Below, in pieces: positions 26,128 to 39,721 of a DNA stretch of 64,000 nt. Each line of letters starts with the position of its first letter. Position 1 is the stretch's first letter. The notes beneath the pieces were generated by a model that worked only from the letters and a program-made list of their open reading frames with translations, made no database searches and had not been told where the DNA came from. The translations under genes and the position numbers were made by a program. This DNA comes from Oculina patagonica. Lineage: Eukaryota. The stretch is taken from the NCBI RefSeq assembly GCF_052425735.1, contig NC_135771.1, positions 6,820,001 through 6,884,000 of the forward strand, written 5' to 3'.

Positions 26128-27257
26128 ATGATGAGAGCATCAAAAAACCCCAAAGTGGTCGCCGGGTTGTTATTTTCATTCTCGTAGTTATTGTGATATA
26201 CATGAGGCAAAGAAATGAGACGATGAGGCTAAGGATGCCAGAGGGAGAGTCAAGAAACGACCTTGCGTTACCGACATCTGAAGTGAAAAGTAACCCCACC
26301 ATGGCCCAAACCAGATTAGATGTGAGTAAACTATTTAAACCTGATTTAAACCAGTAACCTACAGTAGTTCCCTAGTCTTCTCAGTTGGAAAAGGCGTAAC
26401 CTGCGATCAGGCGTTCTTCTTCCCACCTCGAAACAAAAGAACGCCTGATCGCTGGTAAGAAAATGCAGGAAGCCCTTCAGGAACGTTGATGTAGAAATTA
26501 TTTATTCTTTATTATTATCGTTTTTAATGGAGGTGGGGCGGCTAACTACAAAGGCGGAGAAGCTGGCAAGAGAAACCTTGAACAAAAGGGACGACTGAGA
26601 TATCTATGTGAAAACAGAAAGCATAACGAACCGAGGAAGGAAGCTTTAGAGCACCTTTACGTGTTTGAGAAATACAAAGTGATATTCTGCCTTGTACCAA
26701 AGGTTGCAACCCGTCAATGGATGCCCCTGTTGGGGGGACCTGGAGCGTATGGCCCTACTGTGAGCCAGTTTCCACCAGAAAAAGCACAGCAAATGCTTCA
26801 AAATTTCTACAAGTTCATGTTTGTACGAGAACCTTTCGAGCGGCTTTTGTCGGCGTACAAAGATAAATACATACATCCTAGACCAGTTGACAAAGATCCC
26901 TTCATCACAGTGTTTGGGAGAAAGATCGTAGAGTACATAATAAATGGAGGTGATAAAGAGGATTGGCACTGGGAGAATTATGGTGACATCTGCCGGTCTT
27001 GCGAAGTTCAGTATGACTTTGTGGGACATTATGAAAATCTAGAAGAGGACTCCAAGTATGTACTTGAGCAAGCCAACTTAACTCAGCTGAAATTTCCAAA
27101 GATTATTCCAGCAAAAACTAAAGATGAACTAGTACAGTACTACTCACAGATACCAAAAGATTGGATAAAACGTCTTTATAACGTGTATCAAAGTAGTTTC
27201 GAACTGTTTGGCTACCCTTTTCCTGGACCCTTGGAAAACTTGCTTGGTTCGTCTTAA
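26128..27257 (+). pseudogene. Carbohydrate sulfotransferase copy 3; exons 26128-26321 and ~26529-27257
   Basis: 1-bp deletion at ~26165 gives TAG at 26185-26187; acceptor AAG changed to AAT at 26526-26528; in-frame 72-bp deletion at ~26927; catalytic motifs otherwise retained. Confidence 0.85.
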
Positions 27258-29716
27258 ACGTTGCGTTAAATAAAACCTTTGTAGAACATGTTGTTGTCAT
27301 ACCAGCAGTTTCGAAATATTTGCGTACCCCATTTTACAACGTTCAAATTAGGTTACAAAAAGCTGTGTAAACCAAATAAAATACAACATTTTTTAACTTA
27401 CTTATTCATGGTGGATTCTCAATTTGATCGTCAAACATTGTGTTCGGGAATGTTTTTTTTTTTAATTCGTGCGGTGCTAGGTAATGGCGTTCGAGCCTAG
27501 TGGCCCATCAGCGGCAAAACGAAATGAATAGAACAAGTATACGAACTGGTATGGCTAGTAACAGTAACTAAGTATGAAACTAAAAGTTATGACTGATGCT
27601 GCAGATACACTATTTCTATCTATAGCTAATAAAAAATATACATGCTCGCATTGTTTTCAGTCAGTTTTTCTATGAAAAAAAATCCCAATGATATGCCCAG
27701 AACATTCCGACTGCTCTTGCTCCCTAATTGCACGTTTCTACACTAGATGGTGAATTATGACAACTTACTGTATGAACAGGGAAACAGGGCAACTTTATGC
27801 TTTAAAAGGTATCCATTCACCACATTTACTTGTTGTTGATATATTTTGAAAATGTGTTACCAAACAGCACTAAAACATTAGAAAGTCCACTTTATTTCAT
27901 TTATATAACTAGCTATAACTGATATGTGATTTTAAATGAGCCTTCCATCATTAACAAGCCCCCTCTCCTCAAGTCTCGGAAAGAAATACCCGGGGGAGGC
28001 TTAATTAATAGAGTTTTTGTGGTATCTCTCTACAATAAGTTGTGATAAAACTGCAGCAGTTGGTTACAGTTGTAGAAGTTAATATACGATTGTTCTGGTA
28101 GCATGCTGTCCACTTATTAGTCTTTACAAGTTTATAATTTTAGATAATATTGTTTTATTTTTACTTTATAGTGTTCTTCCTAAGTGGAAAACTGCTAGTT
28201 TCAACTGACACTTCCACCACTTGTTTTTAAAGGGTTCGTGTCTTCCCTACTCTGAAAGGCTGGCTCGTTTGCCTACTCGTCAAAACTGCTACCAAAGGCG
28301 TGTCCGGCATTGAGCCTTGTGTTATAACTAGGGCAGATATCACGAAATACAGAACAATTAAAAGTCAGTTTAATTCCACTTCACACTTCAACAAAGACGT
28401 TTCTATATATAGAGAATCAGCATTTCAATGCAGAAGGCTGGCAAAGCGAAACATCGGTCTATGCCCAGGTAGTATTCCGGGGCTGAAATAGAAAGTGCCA
28501 ACTGTATTTCCGGGTGGCTTTACTCGTTTTTCTTCTACCTTTGGCTTCAGGTAAGTGCGGTATTATTTGCAATGCGGCCACAAGTTAAAGCTTTGGCTGG
28601 GGGGTTATTTAAATGCGCGTTTTTCGGTGATTCCCTGGAGAAGAAAGAGAAACTTTTTGTTTCTTGTGACATGCGACACTTTATGCTGCCAAATCAAATG
28701 CAATATCACATCGAAATGCACATCAATCAGTCAATTTTTGGTTTCCTTTACATTGAAGTTGTTCCAACACTTTTTATAGATTAGTAACTTGAAACTTTCG
28801 AGACTTTCGTTTGTTTCTCACCGAAATATCCCTTGTCTGAAGTCGAATTTACTTCCCGTTTTTCGTGGGTTCAGTCCTCAACCGTTTCATGTTTTCTTCG
28901 TTTTTCTTAACTTCTCTAACAACATCGTCTCAACTTGTTTTCACATATATTAAAGACACTGATCAACAGGCTGTCATGAAACTTTATTGTCAGCGAAAGC
29001 CGGCCAGTTTAAATCCGTTATCTACGAAACTAGATGATGAACCACCTGGCCATTAGACACTGCTAGAATCCTTGAAAGTGTTTGTAAGTTACGATATACT
29101 TTAATACTACTTGTCTGTGGATGCTGGAAGGCCGGGGTTTGTGTGTTGGTTCCAATACAATTTTAACATTTCATACACTTATCATGAACCCCGAGAGTTC
29201 CTGTGTTCCCTAGCAGACGTCGTATCGCTATGGAAATTTCGCAAAGTTTTGTAACACTTGACTAAGTTTTCCTCTTGAATATAAATAGTCTTGACTTGTT
29301 TTCGCCAGAAGTGCAGCCAAAAGTACCAACTGTACGTGCGGGACTGTGGACATTGCCGTTGAATTGTTAGGGTTTCGGTAACTTCTCTATCTTAACAACT
29401 GAACATAACTAAAGTGAACTGCATGATCTATATGATTCCGAAAGCTTTTATATGTGGAAGGTATGATGCTATAATTATTTAGTGTTGCTTTCATACCGTG
29501 ATCCTGCCCAATAGCCTATGGGAAGTTATAAGACTTATAAGTCCAGGGGCTTATCTAGCCTATAGGCCCGTAGGCCCGGGCCTACAAATTTTTTAGCCCA
29601 CTCGTATTTTTAAAATATGCTATCAAGAGAGTAATTGTGGCTGAAGCACTTTCAAGATGAAATAGAAAGCAATATGCATTATAAATATCGCAACTAGCCA
29701 GTCTGGTCTTAACGTG

Positions 29717-30240
29717 GGAACTTTTCCATGCACGCACGCTCGCTGCCGCACCTGTGATCAAATTCTCTTGATCCCGCCCTGCAGTATCCCAAATGCTTTA
29801 TCGTTATCAAGGATGCTTTCACCTGCGAAACAACCGGCTTAGTGTATGGCATCTCTTGCCACCGATGTTCTGCGATCTACATCGCCGAAACTGGCCGCAC
29901 GCTACAGCAACGTTTCGTTGAGCGCAGCATCGAGAAAAACCTGCCAGGCTTTCCTGTCGCAAAGCATTTCAATACAAATGGCCACACTATTCAAGATGTA
30001 CAAGTCCGTACCACCACGTTCTGCGATGAGAACAAACAACGAAAACGTCAGGAAAAGCGACTCATCTTCAATCTGTGAACAAGTCAGCCGCGCTGACTGA
30101 ATGTAAGTCGTCGCGCGCTCATCGCGCGCGCAGCTTGCATTGGAACTTTAAATCTTGTTTCGTGGCCTTAGCAAATTTCTCAACGAAACAGCAACTTGAC
30201 TTCCACTGATAAAGGGCTATTAAGCTCGAAACGTCTGGAA
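29717..30240 (+). mobile_element. 5'-truncated, decayed Penelope-like retroelement (GIY-YIG endonuclease remnant and 3' end)
   Basis: GTFPCTHARCRTCD...FTCETTGLVYGISCHRCSAIYIAETGRTLQQRF...PVAKHFNTNGH...EKRLIFNL; frameshift and stops; followed by a hammerhead motif. Confidence 0.85.
30203..30238 (+). ncRNA. Degenerate hammerhead ribozyme motif of the Penelope 3' end
   Basis: CCA-CTGATAA-A-GGGCT-ATTA-AGCTC-GAAA-C-GTC-TGG; G8>A without a compensating C3 change. Confidence 0.6.
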
Positions 30241-31861
30241 GGATATATTGTTAAGTTGGCACTTTATACTCGACCTCGAGAACTTTATTTTACAAAGTAA
30301 TAGATATGTGTCGTTAAAGACAAGTGCGTTTATATATTTAACAATGAGTGAAAATTGCGGGACCATTCTCGGCAATGAAATGCCAAAATTTAGGTGCTGC
30401 CGAATTGCACTTTTGAGGGCCTTAATCTGGAGCATAACCCCGAACCCCCCCCCCCCCCCACCCCCCTCTCTCTCTCTCTCTCTCCCTCTCTTTAGATTGT
30501 TATGTCCGTATTTGCTACTTGTTTTCCATATGCGTTTTTAAAGACTTAATTTGGCTTAAAAGTAGATAAAAAAAATTATCTCTATGAACATTAATCGCTA
30601 TACTTTAGTAAAATGTAAACGGCGTAACCAATTACCTTCTTTTTGACATTAAATTTTCCTCCACTAGGAGAACAACGTAGCAAATACCTACTTTTTGGTA
30701 CACGGTCCAAAAAATGTTTAAAAATCCGCGATTTAAGTAGATTCTGAAGGTCATTAACATTTAGACAAATTCCACAAAACTCCCCGGGTCATTTGAATAT
30801 TTTTTTGTTCTTTGGAAAGTTAATTTTCTTTTCAATACCTTGTTCTAAGCTATTATGTAAACTGCACCTGAAACTCTAAAAAAATTTTGCAAGCTGCAAA
30901 ACTTTATTTGCCTTTAAAAAGGCTTTTCTAGGTCTTTTCTTCACTTTTTCTTCACAGAAACTTGGCGCTTTGTTGTAAGAACTGCCTCGACATTGTTTGA
31001 GTCAAAATTGTTTTGTTTCAATGTATTTATTGACAAATTCTCATTTCGTCGCAAATACGGACTTTTCGTAGCAAATACCCACCTTTTTTACGCTACATCG
31101 TTTAAATAAAAAACGATGCACTTTCAAGAAGTTATATCAGAGGACGTGAAAAGTACAATTCTACCCATTCACGAATGAGTGTTGTTTTCTATTTTGGATC
31201 GAGAAAAAGCCATTTTTTTCTCTTTTTACGCGTTTTTAAGGGTTTTTGTGGAATAAATCCTTTTTTGCTCAATTTTTTCGGGATTCCTATCAACGGCACG
31301 TTGCGTCAGCAAATTAGAAAAGTGTTAACAGCTCCTGGAATGTTTCTGCGTATTTTGGACTTTTTTATTTCAAAAAAAGACGTCGTGTGGTAGCAAATAC
31401 GCACCTACGTAGCACTACGCACTTAGCAAATACCCACTTGGACTGATCATTGTACTACCATAGGCTTAACAAAAGCTGCTTATCCGAACAGTTGCATGGT
31501 AAATTAGTGTACATACCTTGCATATTAATATGCACTGTTGTGGTGTACCCTCTCTCTGTCCTACGTTTAATTGTTGCGTTACTAATGTGAACTCTCTTTC
31601 CTCGAAAGTTGGCGCTCTCTGTGTTGCATTTTACAATAGCATTGGGCGCCTTCTTGTTAAGTGTTTTCTTTATGTTGTGGTTGATTGTACGCAAGTACTC
31701 TGCGCTCGCTTTTTGTGTTATTTTGTACTTTAGTGCTTTTTACTGTATTTGTGTTGTGTTCGCTGGTTACGTCAGTGCAATATTGGTTTGTTACATTTAT
31801 TGCTCGTCTTGTGTTTGATCATCATGTCCGTGTGCGTGCCATGCGCTATATTTGTGTTACC

Positions 31862-32980
31862 TTTGACTATTACGTTAGTGCTATGCGCTGTTTTGTGTTA
31901 TTATTTGTTGTTCAGTTGTGTTTTGTTACGCAATGTATTTGTGTTCTGTTTGCATATTACGTTAGTGCTATGCGCTGTTTTTGTGTTATGTTTGATTGTT
32001 ACGTCAGTGCTATGCGCTGTTTCTGTGTTATGTTTGACTGCTAGGTCAGTGCTATGCGCTGTTTTTGTGTTATGTTTGACTGTTAGGTCAGTGCTATGCG
32101 CTGTTTTTGTGTTATGTTTAATTGTTACGTCGGTGCTATGCGCTGTTTTTGTGTTATGTTTAATTGTTAGGTCAGTGCTATGCGCTGTTTTTGTGTTATG
32201 TTGGACTGTAAGGTCAGTGCTATGCGCTGTTTTTGTGTTATGTTTGATTGTTACGTCAGTGCTATGCGCTGTTTTTGTGTTATGTTTAATTGTTAGGTCA
32301 GTGCTAGGCTCTGTGTTTGTGTTATGTTTGCTTGTGAGGTCAGTGCTATGCGCTGTTTTTGTGTTATGTTTGCTTGTTAGGTCAGTGCTATACGCTGTTT
32401 TTGTGTTATGTTTGATTGTTAGGTCAGTGCTATGCGCTGTTTTTGTGTTATGTTTGATTGTTAGGTCAGTGCTAGGCTCTGTGTTTGTGTTATGTTTGCT
32501 TGTTAGGTCAGTGCTATGCGCTGTTTTTGTTTTATGTTTGCTTGTTAGGTCAGTGCTATGCGCTGTTTTTGTGTTATGTTTGATTGTTAGGTCAGTGCTA
32601 TGCGCTGTTTTTGTGTTATGTTTAATTGTTAGGTCAGTGCTAGGCTCTGTTTTTGTGTTATGTTGGACTGTTAGGTCAGTGCTATGCGCTGTTTTTGTGT
32701 TATGTTTAATTGTTAGGTCAGTGCTAGGCTCTGTTTTTGTGTTATGTTGGACTGTTAGGTCAGTGCTATGCGCTGTTTTTGTGTTATTTTTAATTGTTAG
32801 GTCAGTGCTATGCTCTTTTTTGTGTTATGTTTAATTGTTGGGTCAGTGCTATGCGCTGTTTTTGTGTTATGTTTGATTGTTACGTCAGTGCTATGCACTG
32901 TATTTGTGTTATGTTTTATTGTTAGGTCAGTGCTATGCGCTGTTTTTGTGTTATTTTGATTTTCACGTTAGTGCTATGCG
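31862..32980. repeat. 42-bp minisatellite (GTCAGTGCTATGCGCTGTTTTTGTGTTATGTTTGATTGTTAG) with degenerate flanks ~31500-35500
   Basis: More than 20 near-identical tandem units; 14-aa periodicity in ORF 31749-32834. Confidence 0.95.
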
Positions 32981-35900
32981 GTGTAAAAAGTGTTATGTGT
33001 GATTGTAATGTTACTGCTATGCGCTGCTTTTGTGTCAGTCATGATTGATTGTTACATCAGTCAGTGCTATGCGCTGTTTTTTATTATGTTTGACTGTTAC
33101 GTCGCGCTAAGCGCTGTATTTGTATCACTTGATTGTTACGTTAGTGCTGTGCGCTGTTTTTTGCGTTATGTGTGATTGTTACGTCATGCTATGCGCTTTT
33201 TTTTTGTGTTATGTGTGATTTTTACATTAGTGCTGTGTCCAACTGTGTGCTGCTTTTGTGTGTTGTTTGCATGATTGTTACGTCAGTCAGTGCTATGCGC
33301 TGTTTTTGTGTTATATTATATTCATGTTACATCAGTGCTACGCGCTGTATTTGTATCATTTGATTGTTTCGTTAGTGAGGTGCACTTTCTTTGTTTTGTG
33401 TTTGATTATCACATTGAGATGTGTGCTTTCTTTGTGTTCTGTTTGTTTCTTTGTGATTGCCTGTTTGCACGTTAGTGCTACGCTCTCTTTGTGTAGAGTT
33501 TGTTACGTCACGTTAGAGCAAAAATTTGCGCTGTGTTTGATTGCTACGCTCGTACTTTGTGCTATGCTTGGTCTTAATGTTGTGTTTGCTTGTACGATAG
33601 TATTCTACACTCTTTTTTTCCTTTTTGTATTGCTATCGCTGTATTTGTGTTGTTTATTTGTCACGTAAGTGATGTGCATTCTTCATGTTTTTTTGTGATA
33701 GGCGCTTTCTCTGTGTCGTGTTTGTTTGTACGTTAGTGCTCTGTGCTTCCTTTTTTGTGTCTTTTTGTACGGTGATGCTATGCACTGTTTTTGTGTTGTC
33801 AGTGTTTGATTGTTACGTCAGTGCTATGCGCTTTTTTTTGTTTTTGTTTGTTCTTTGCGTTAGTGATGTGTACTCTCTTTGTCTTGTTTATTATCAACTT
33901 TGTTATGTGCGCTTTTTCTGTGTTGTGTGTTTCTGTTTGTAATGCTCTTTTTGTGTTGTTTGTTTGTTTTCATAGCACAAACGCAAAGACTAAAAAAACT
34001 TACCAAACTTTTGTAAGTGTTATGCGTTTAATGCGTACGATAGTGCACAGCGCTCTCTTTGTTATGTGTCTTGAATGTTAGTGCACTGTCTAGTGCGCTT
34101 TTTTTATTTTTTTGTTTGTCCCGTCAGTACTTTGTGCTGTCTTTGTGTTGTGCTATGTTCTTTCTTTGCGCTGTGTTTGATTGTTTGTTTGTACTTTAGT
34201 GTCATGTGCTTCGTTTATTTGTTTGTTTGTTTCCTTAGGGGTTTGCTCCTTTTGTCTTGTGTTTTACTGTAAGTTGTTATCTTACTGCTCTGCACAGTAT
34301 TGATGTAATGTTTGCTTGTTACGTTAATCCTACGCGTTGTATTTGTGTTGTTTGATTGTTTCGTCAGTGCTACGCGTTTCACTTGTGTTATGTTTGCTCG
34401 TTACGTATGTTAGTGGTTCAACATGTGTGCTAAGCGCTATTTTTTTTATTGTTTAGTTATTTATTTTTTCTCTCTGTCTTCAAGACAGAGACAGCAATTT
34501 TATTCAGTTGATAGTTAGGTTAGTGATGTGCGCTCTGTGTCTTCTTTGCTTGTTCGTCTATACATTTGTGCTGTTCTCTCTTTGTGTTGTTGTCGTTAGT
34601 TACTGTATGGTAGTGCTATGCGCTGTGTTTGTTACATGTTGATTGTTACGTTATTGAAGTGCGCTTCTTGTATTGTATTTGTCTGTTACGTTTGTGATGT
34701 GCGTTCTCTCTGTGCGTTGTTTTCTGCTTGATTGCAACATTTTCGATGTGCGCTTGACGTGGGTGGTAAAAGCAAACGTATATTAGCGGATCAATGACAC
34801 TGATAAAAACAATAATTTTGAATTTTAATTTAATTTAATCCATTTTCACGTTCTGCACAATATAAACTTAAGATATACAAACTATAGAAAGAAAGAAAAA
34901 TACAGCTTCATAAGGAAAAAAGACGCAGTGAGGAAAACATTATTTGTGTATGCTCTTTGCGTTAGTGATGTGCACTCTCTCTTTTTTTTGTTTGTTTGTT
35001 TGTTTGTACGCTTGTGTGTTTTTTGTTTGTTTTGTAAGTGCTATGAGTGGCCTTTGTACGTTAGTGCACTGCGCTCGCTTTGTTGTATCTTCTTTTGAAT
35101 GTTATAACAGTTCTATACGCTGTCTGTGTTGTGCTTGTTTGTCCCGTCATTGCTTTGTGCTGTCGTTGTAGTTTGCTATGTTCTTTCTTTGTGTCGTGTT
35201 TTTTGTTTGTTTGTACGTTGGTATTATGTGTTTTGTTTGTTTGTTGTTGTTTTTTCTGTTTCGTCAGTGCTATGCACTGTCTGTGTTGGGTTTGATTTAT
35301 TGTCCTTTATTGCTACGCTACTTTTTGTGTTGTTGTTCAGTTGTTTTTTTTAAGTTAGTTCCACGTGTCTCTGTTGTGTTTTACGTCTGTCTTTGTGTTT
35401 TATCTGGTTATGTCAGCACATTGCGCTGGCCTTACTTTTTGCTAGTTCGTACTCCTACGCGTTGTCTGTGTTATTTGTGTTTTTAGTGTTACGACCTGTC
35501 TATCTATTGTCCTTGTTTGAACCTTTGTTCTCTCTTTCTGAAATGATTTTTCTTTAAGTAACTTCGTGAGGATTTTTGCTTTTCTTTTGTTTGTTCATTA
35601 GTTTATACATTGACTTCTTGTTTGCTTGTTTTTTTTGTTTGAACTCCAGTGTTACTGCTTTTCGGGTGTATTTATTTGCAATATACGCGAATAGTCATCG
35701 CTTTTAATCTGCTCGTTAAAATGTTCTAGTGTTTTCAAGCTAAAAAAGCAACAACAAACAAATGCGAAGGGTATATGCGTATGTTAAATTTCACTACGTT
35801 AGTACTAGTTGCTTTATGTTTGCTTTTCTCGTTAGTTGTGCCTGCGTCCTCTCTTCATTCAGTAATTTACTTTTGGTCAAGTACAGCGCCTTTTACCTCA

Positions 35901-36136
35901 AATTTTTGGTCGGCCTTCGAACTTAAATAAAGCAATATCAATTATAATGTCGAAATTAAGTTTACCCTAGGTTTTATATAAGAAAAGGTAATCGACAACA
36001 AAGTATTGAGGTTTCATGAAAAGTTCATGACCAATTTCCTTTTTTAAGGCTAAATAAAACTTAGAAGACAAAAGTTATAACTATAAAATAATATAACGCT
36101 TCCGATTTTGTCTTTTGGAGGCAAAAAATCATTCTG

Positions 36137-36393
36137 GTAGCAAATACCCACCCTCCGTATTTGCAACCGTAGCAAATACGCACCGTCCGTATTTGCTACC
36201 GTAGCAAATACGCACTTTTCGTAGCAAATACGCACCCGTCCGTATTTGCTACCGTAGCAAATACGCACTTTCGTAGCAAATACGCACCGTCCGTATTTGC
36301 GACCGTAGCAAATACGCACTCTTCGTAGCAAATACGCACCCCCTCCGTATTTGCTACGGTAGCAAATACGGACTCTTCGTAACAAATACGCAC
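36137..36393. repeat. Array of direct and inverted GTAGCAAATACG motifs
   Basis: ~52-bp higher-order units GTAGCAAATACGCACCGTCCGTATTTGCTACCGTAGCAAATACGCACTTTTC. Confidence 0.9.
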
Positions 36394-38869
36394 CTGAATC
36401 TAACTCTCTCTCTCTCTCTCTCTCTCCCTCTCCCTCTCCCTCTCTCTCTCTCTCTCTCTAGAAGCGGCCAGGCCTACAACTCTTCAGAAAGCTGGCTACG
36501 CCCCTGATAACAATGTCGATTGTGTGCGTCGTCTTTTATTGTGTAACAATTAGCATCGGTGCGGCGCAATATGAGCAGACGCAAGGCAGCCCACGGCTTG
36601 CTGAAACACTGCTTATTGAAGTAAAAACTCAACTACTTGTGATCAGTTAACGGAAGTAAGAAACTTTTAAGTACAAGTAAACCCCAATCGTTCTGTCGGT
36701 TTACTGTTTTGAACTTCATCCTTTTTTTACTTATTTCATACAATCTTGTCATAACTAAAGCAGAAACTTGGCAATAGCTTGGAAATGAACAATAATTTTT
36801 GCACCGAAAGGAAACTTACAGTGTAGTTTAGTCTAATTTTAGAGTTGAACAGAGAGCTAGCACTGGTCGAGTGGCTCTGACCACATCCGCATCTCCAAGA
36901 ATATTTTCCTTTGCACGCGAATGGCCAAACACTGGTCACGTGACGCAGCAAAAATTGGCCTCCATATTGGTTCAGTTGTGACTAAGTGGAATGGTTGTAA
37001 AGACAAAACAAAGGGAAATGGAAATAGAGTTAAATGTTACTGAAGGATCTTTGATGAAACGTCGTGGTTTTTTTATACTGTTTTAATACAACGCAGTGAG
37101 ATTGGCCGGACATTGTTTGGTTTGATCTACTACTAATTCTAGAATCGCGGATTAGTGCAGTGGTTAGAGGATACAGCAATGATGGTTATTTCAGTTTATT
37201 TAAATTATGAATTATTAAGTGGCAAGTGAACGGATAACCGTAAAAACATAGCTTCAGACTTAGAACAAGGGTTTTCTTGATCATCAGCTGTCTTGGACGA
37301 AGATGTAGGTAATTATCCGTGATAACAGAATAACAGCATCAACAATTTCTTATGAGAGCCTGAGAAATCTTGCGTGACCGTGACCATGGAGCTGGCTGGG
37401 CCACGTGGGTCTGGAATGATTTACCGTCAAAAACAAAAAAACAACTACAACTGCGCCCGAATAATTAGCCTATAACTGTTATAAGCTGAGAGCTGATCTC
37501 TCCACCGCTGCGCTGACGTAAGAAAGATCAAGGAGGCAGCGTGGACGAATGGCGTGTTGTAATCCTGAGGTCCCTCGTCCCAGCCCTCCACCCTACCACT
37601 TCATGGGTCGTCCCGAGTTTAAACCCTCGGTCACATTATCTATATAACTAACTAGTCTGCGATTTTAAACTGATTTTTAACCATGTTATAGTCATTCAAA
37701 ATACTTGTTTCTTCTGTTTCAACGGCGTGCCTGGAAACTACAGTAGCTAACTTGAAGCCAAGTGCATAACCACCGGACACGACATTTACATTGACATGTT
37801 TTACATTTACTGCGTCTAAGACCAGATGTATCTGTGTAAAACTGTGTATAAAATTGCAGCAGCAAGAGTGAAAACAGAAGACATGTAATGTTTTCCACTT
37901 CTCCTACGTCTAAAATCACTCAAACGTCAATTATCTCTTTTAATAAGCTTACATTTAAAGTCTGTAAAGACGTTCTTTTCTGCAAACTCGTCAGTGATAA
38001 AATTCATCAGTATTAGCAGAAAACAATCCATTTTAAGTACCGGTGTTATTGACATGCGATTTGCTAAGGTGTGTAACTTTCAGCTGTCTAGTTTCAAAAA
38101 CATTGAAAATAAGCGCTAACGAGAAGCACAATTAAAATTAATATTCAAACGGGCCAACGGAAAAACTGCATGAAAAGAAATGACTACCATCTTGAACTTA
38201 TATTGTCCTTTGTGCTTATGTACGATTCCGCGCAAGACTATGCAGCTGATTGATCTATTTTACAGGGCCGACTGAATAACTTACTTCCTGTTAATTTCCC
38301 CTTAGTAACTACCTTTAAATATTACCCTCTCCAATGCGAAAGAAAAAAACGTAAATGTGTAAGGTACGCAAATCACCCGTTCCCTGCTATTTGTTGGCAA
38401 AATCCGTCAATCCGCCTCTATTTTCGTTCAAATCCAAAAAAAACTTTGTGTCGTATAGTTTCACTGCGATAGACGGTAGATGTTTCATTGCTTGTTTTGG
38501 CGACAATTTCGACAACATTCCGACAAAGACCGAACAGGGATCCGAGCTTCGCTTAGTATTCACAATCAGATCTTCCTGACAAGAATAATTTGGAATCCGG
38601 CCCAAAATTTTCGGCTAATCAGCGATCCGCTGTATTTTTAAAATCTGCGCATCCGCTCAATCCGCGAACCTATTTACCCCCTCCTCTTTATATAGTTACC
38701 CTCTCCAATGCGAAAGGGAAAAAACATGTTTTTAACTGCACTAGCTATTAGCTATATTTTCTTGTTGGCCCATGCGCCAATTCTAGAACGTCCACTGAGG
38801 CTAAGACCTGATGTATCCGTATAAAATATTGAAACTAAAAAGAAGCAATGAAGATGAATTTTTAAAAAA

Positions 38870-38969
38870 TGACACGAGCATGGGACAAAGAAAAAATCTG
38901 AGTCCCCACGGCAATCGAACTCATGGTCTTCCAGATACCGGTTGGGCGCTCTAACCAACTGAGCTACGA
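38870..38969 (-). mobile_element. tRNA-derived SINE-like fragment
   Basis: Minus strand GTAGCTCAGTTGGTTAGAGCG (A box) ... GAGTTCGATTGCC (B box); no acceptor stem. Confidence 0.6.
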
Positions 38970-39229
38970 ACGAAGCAGCTAGATTAAAAACAGGAGGCAG
39001 GTGTTATGCATGTTATGCTTACTAGACAGCCAAAACAGCGAAACTCACGCAAATGTCACTTGTTTAATATCAAGGTGAATAAATTAAACTAAACAAAATG
39101 AAATGACAAAACCGCCAATAAGAATTTGGGCAGCAGTACACTAATTTTAAGATCGCTTTGTTAAGAGTAATTTTCATATCGTCTCAACGCATAAAGGACA
39201 ACAGGTCATTCTGCCTCAGGAGTAAGGTA

Positions 39230-39721
39230 CCGTAATGATTCGATTTAGCGCCCGGGGCGCTTATTTACTTTTGGCACCTCAAGGGAGGGCGCTTATTCGA
39301 GACAGGGCGCTTATTCGGGACAGGGCGCTTATTTAATTTTTTAAGAAACAACCAAGTGTTCAAAACAAAACTTAAAAAAATATTAAAAAACTAACAATAA
39401 CAGAAACGTTAACAGTAACAAAATTGTGGAAAGTTCAGTTACTTTTAAAAGAATTGCTCATTTTAGCAGTAAATATATACATGTACGGTACGGTGAATGT
39501 TCATGAGTTTACTATTCGACGTCGATGACTTCAGTAGGGGCAGTTGTCCACAATTGGGGCGCTTATTAGATTAGGGGCCCTTATAAGAATGAGGGCGCTT
39601 ATTAGAATGGGGGGCGCTAATTGGAATAGGGGCGCTTATTGACAAAAACACATTCGACGGGGGGCGCTTATTCGGAAGGGGGCGCTTATTTGAAGGAGGG
39701 CGCTAAATCGAATCATTACGG
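39230..39721. mobile_element. Tc1/mariner (pogo/Tigger-like) MITE
   Basis: TIRs CCGTAATGATTCGATTTAGCGCCC / GGGCGCTAAATCGAATCATTACGG, TA TSD, subterminal GGGCGCTTATT repeats. Confidence 0.9.

Larger units (their letters stand above)
30495..36400. mobile_element. ~5.9-kb non-autonomous TIR element with subterminal GTAGCAAATACG motifs and an internal satellite
   Basis: TA|GATT..CGTATTTGCTAC at the left, GTAACAAATACG..AATC|TA at the right; splits a (TC)n tract; motif clusters at 30507-31436 and 36137-36393. Confidence 0.65.
29544..36506. mobile_element. hAT-like non-autonomous element expanded by nested insertions
   Basis: Ends CAGGGGCTTATCTAGC / GCTGGCTACGCCCCTG; GGCCTACAA motifs near both ends; no clean 8-bp TSD, so pairing of the ends is inferred. 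Confidence 0.45.

Noticed and set aside
28300-29083. Possible exons (donor at ~28550; 28970-29083)
   Set aside because: Plausible splice sites but only a short stop-terminated ORF and no homology; insufficient support.
31749-32834. 361-aa hydrophobic Cys/Val/Leu ORF
   Set aside because: Translation of a 42-bp satellite that lacks stops in one frame; non-ATG start, no splice context.
38870-38969. Functional tRNA gene
   Set aside because: A and B boxes are present but there is no acceptor stem or clean cloverleaf; treated as SINE-like.
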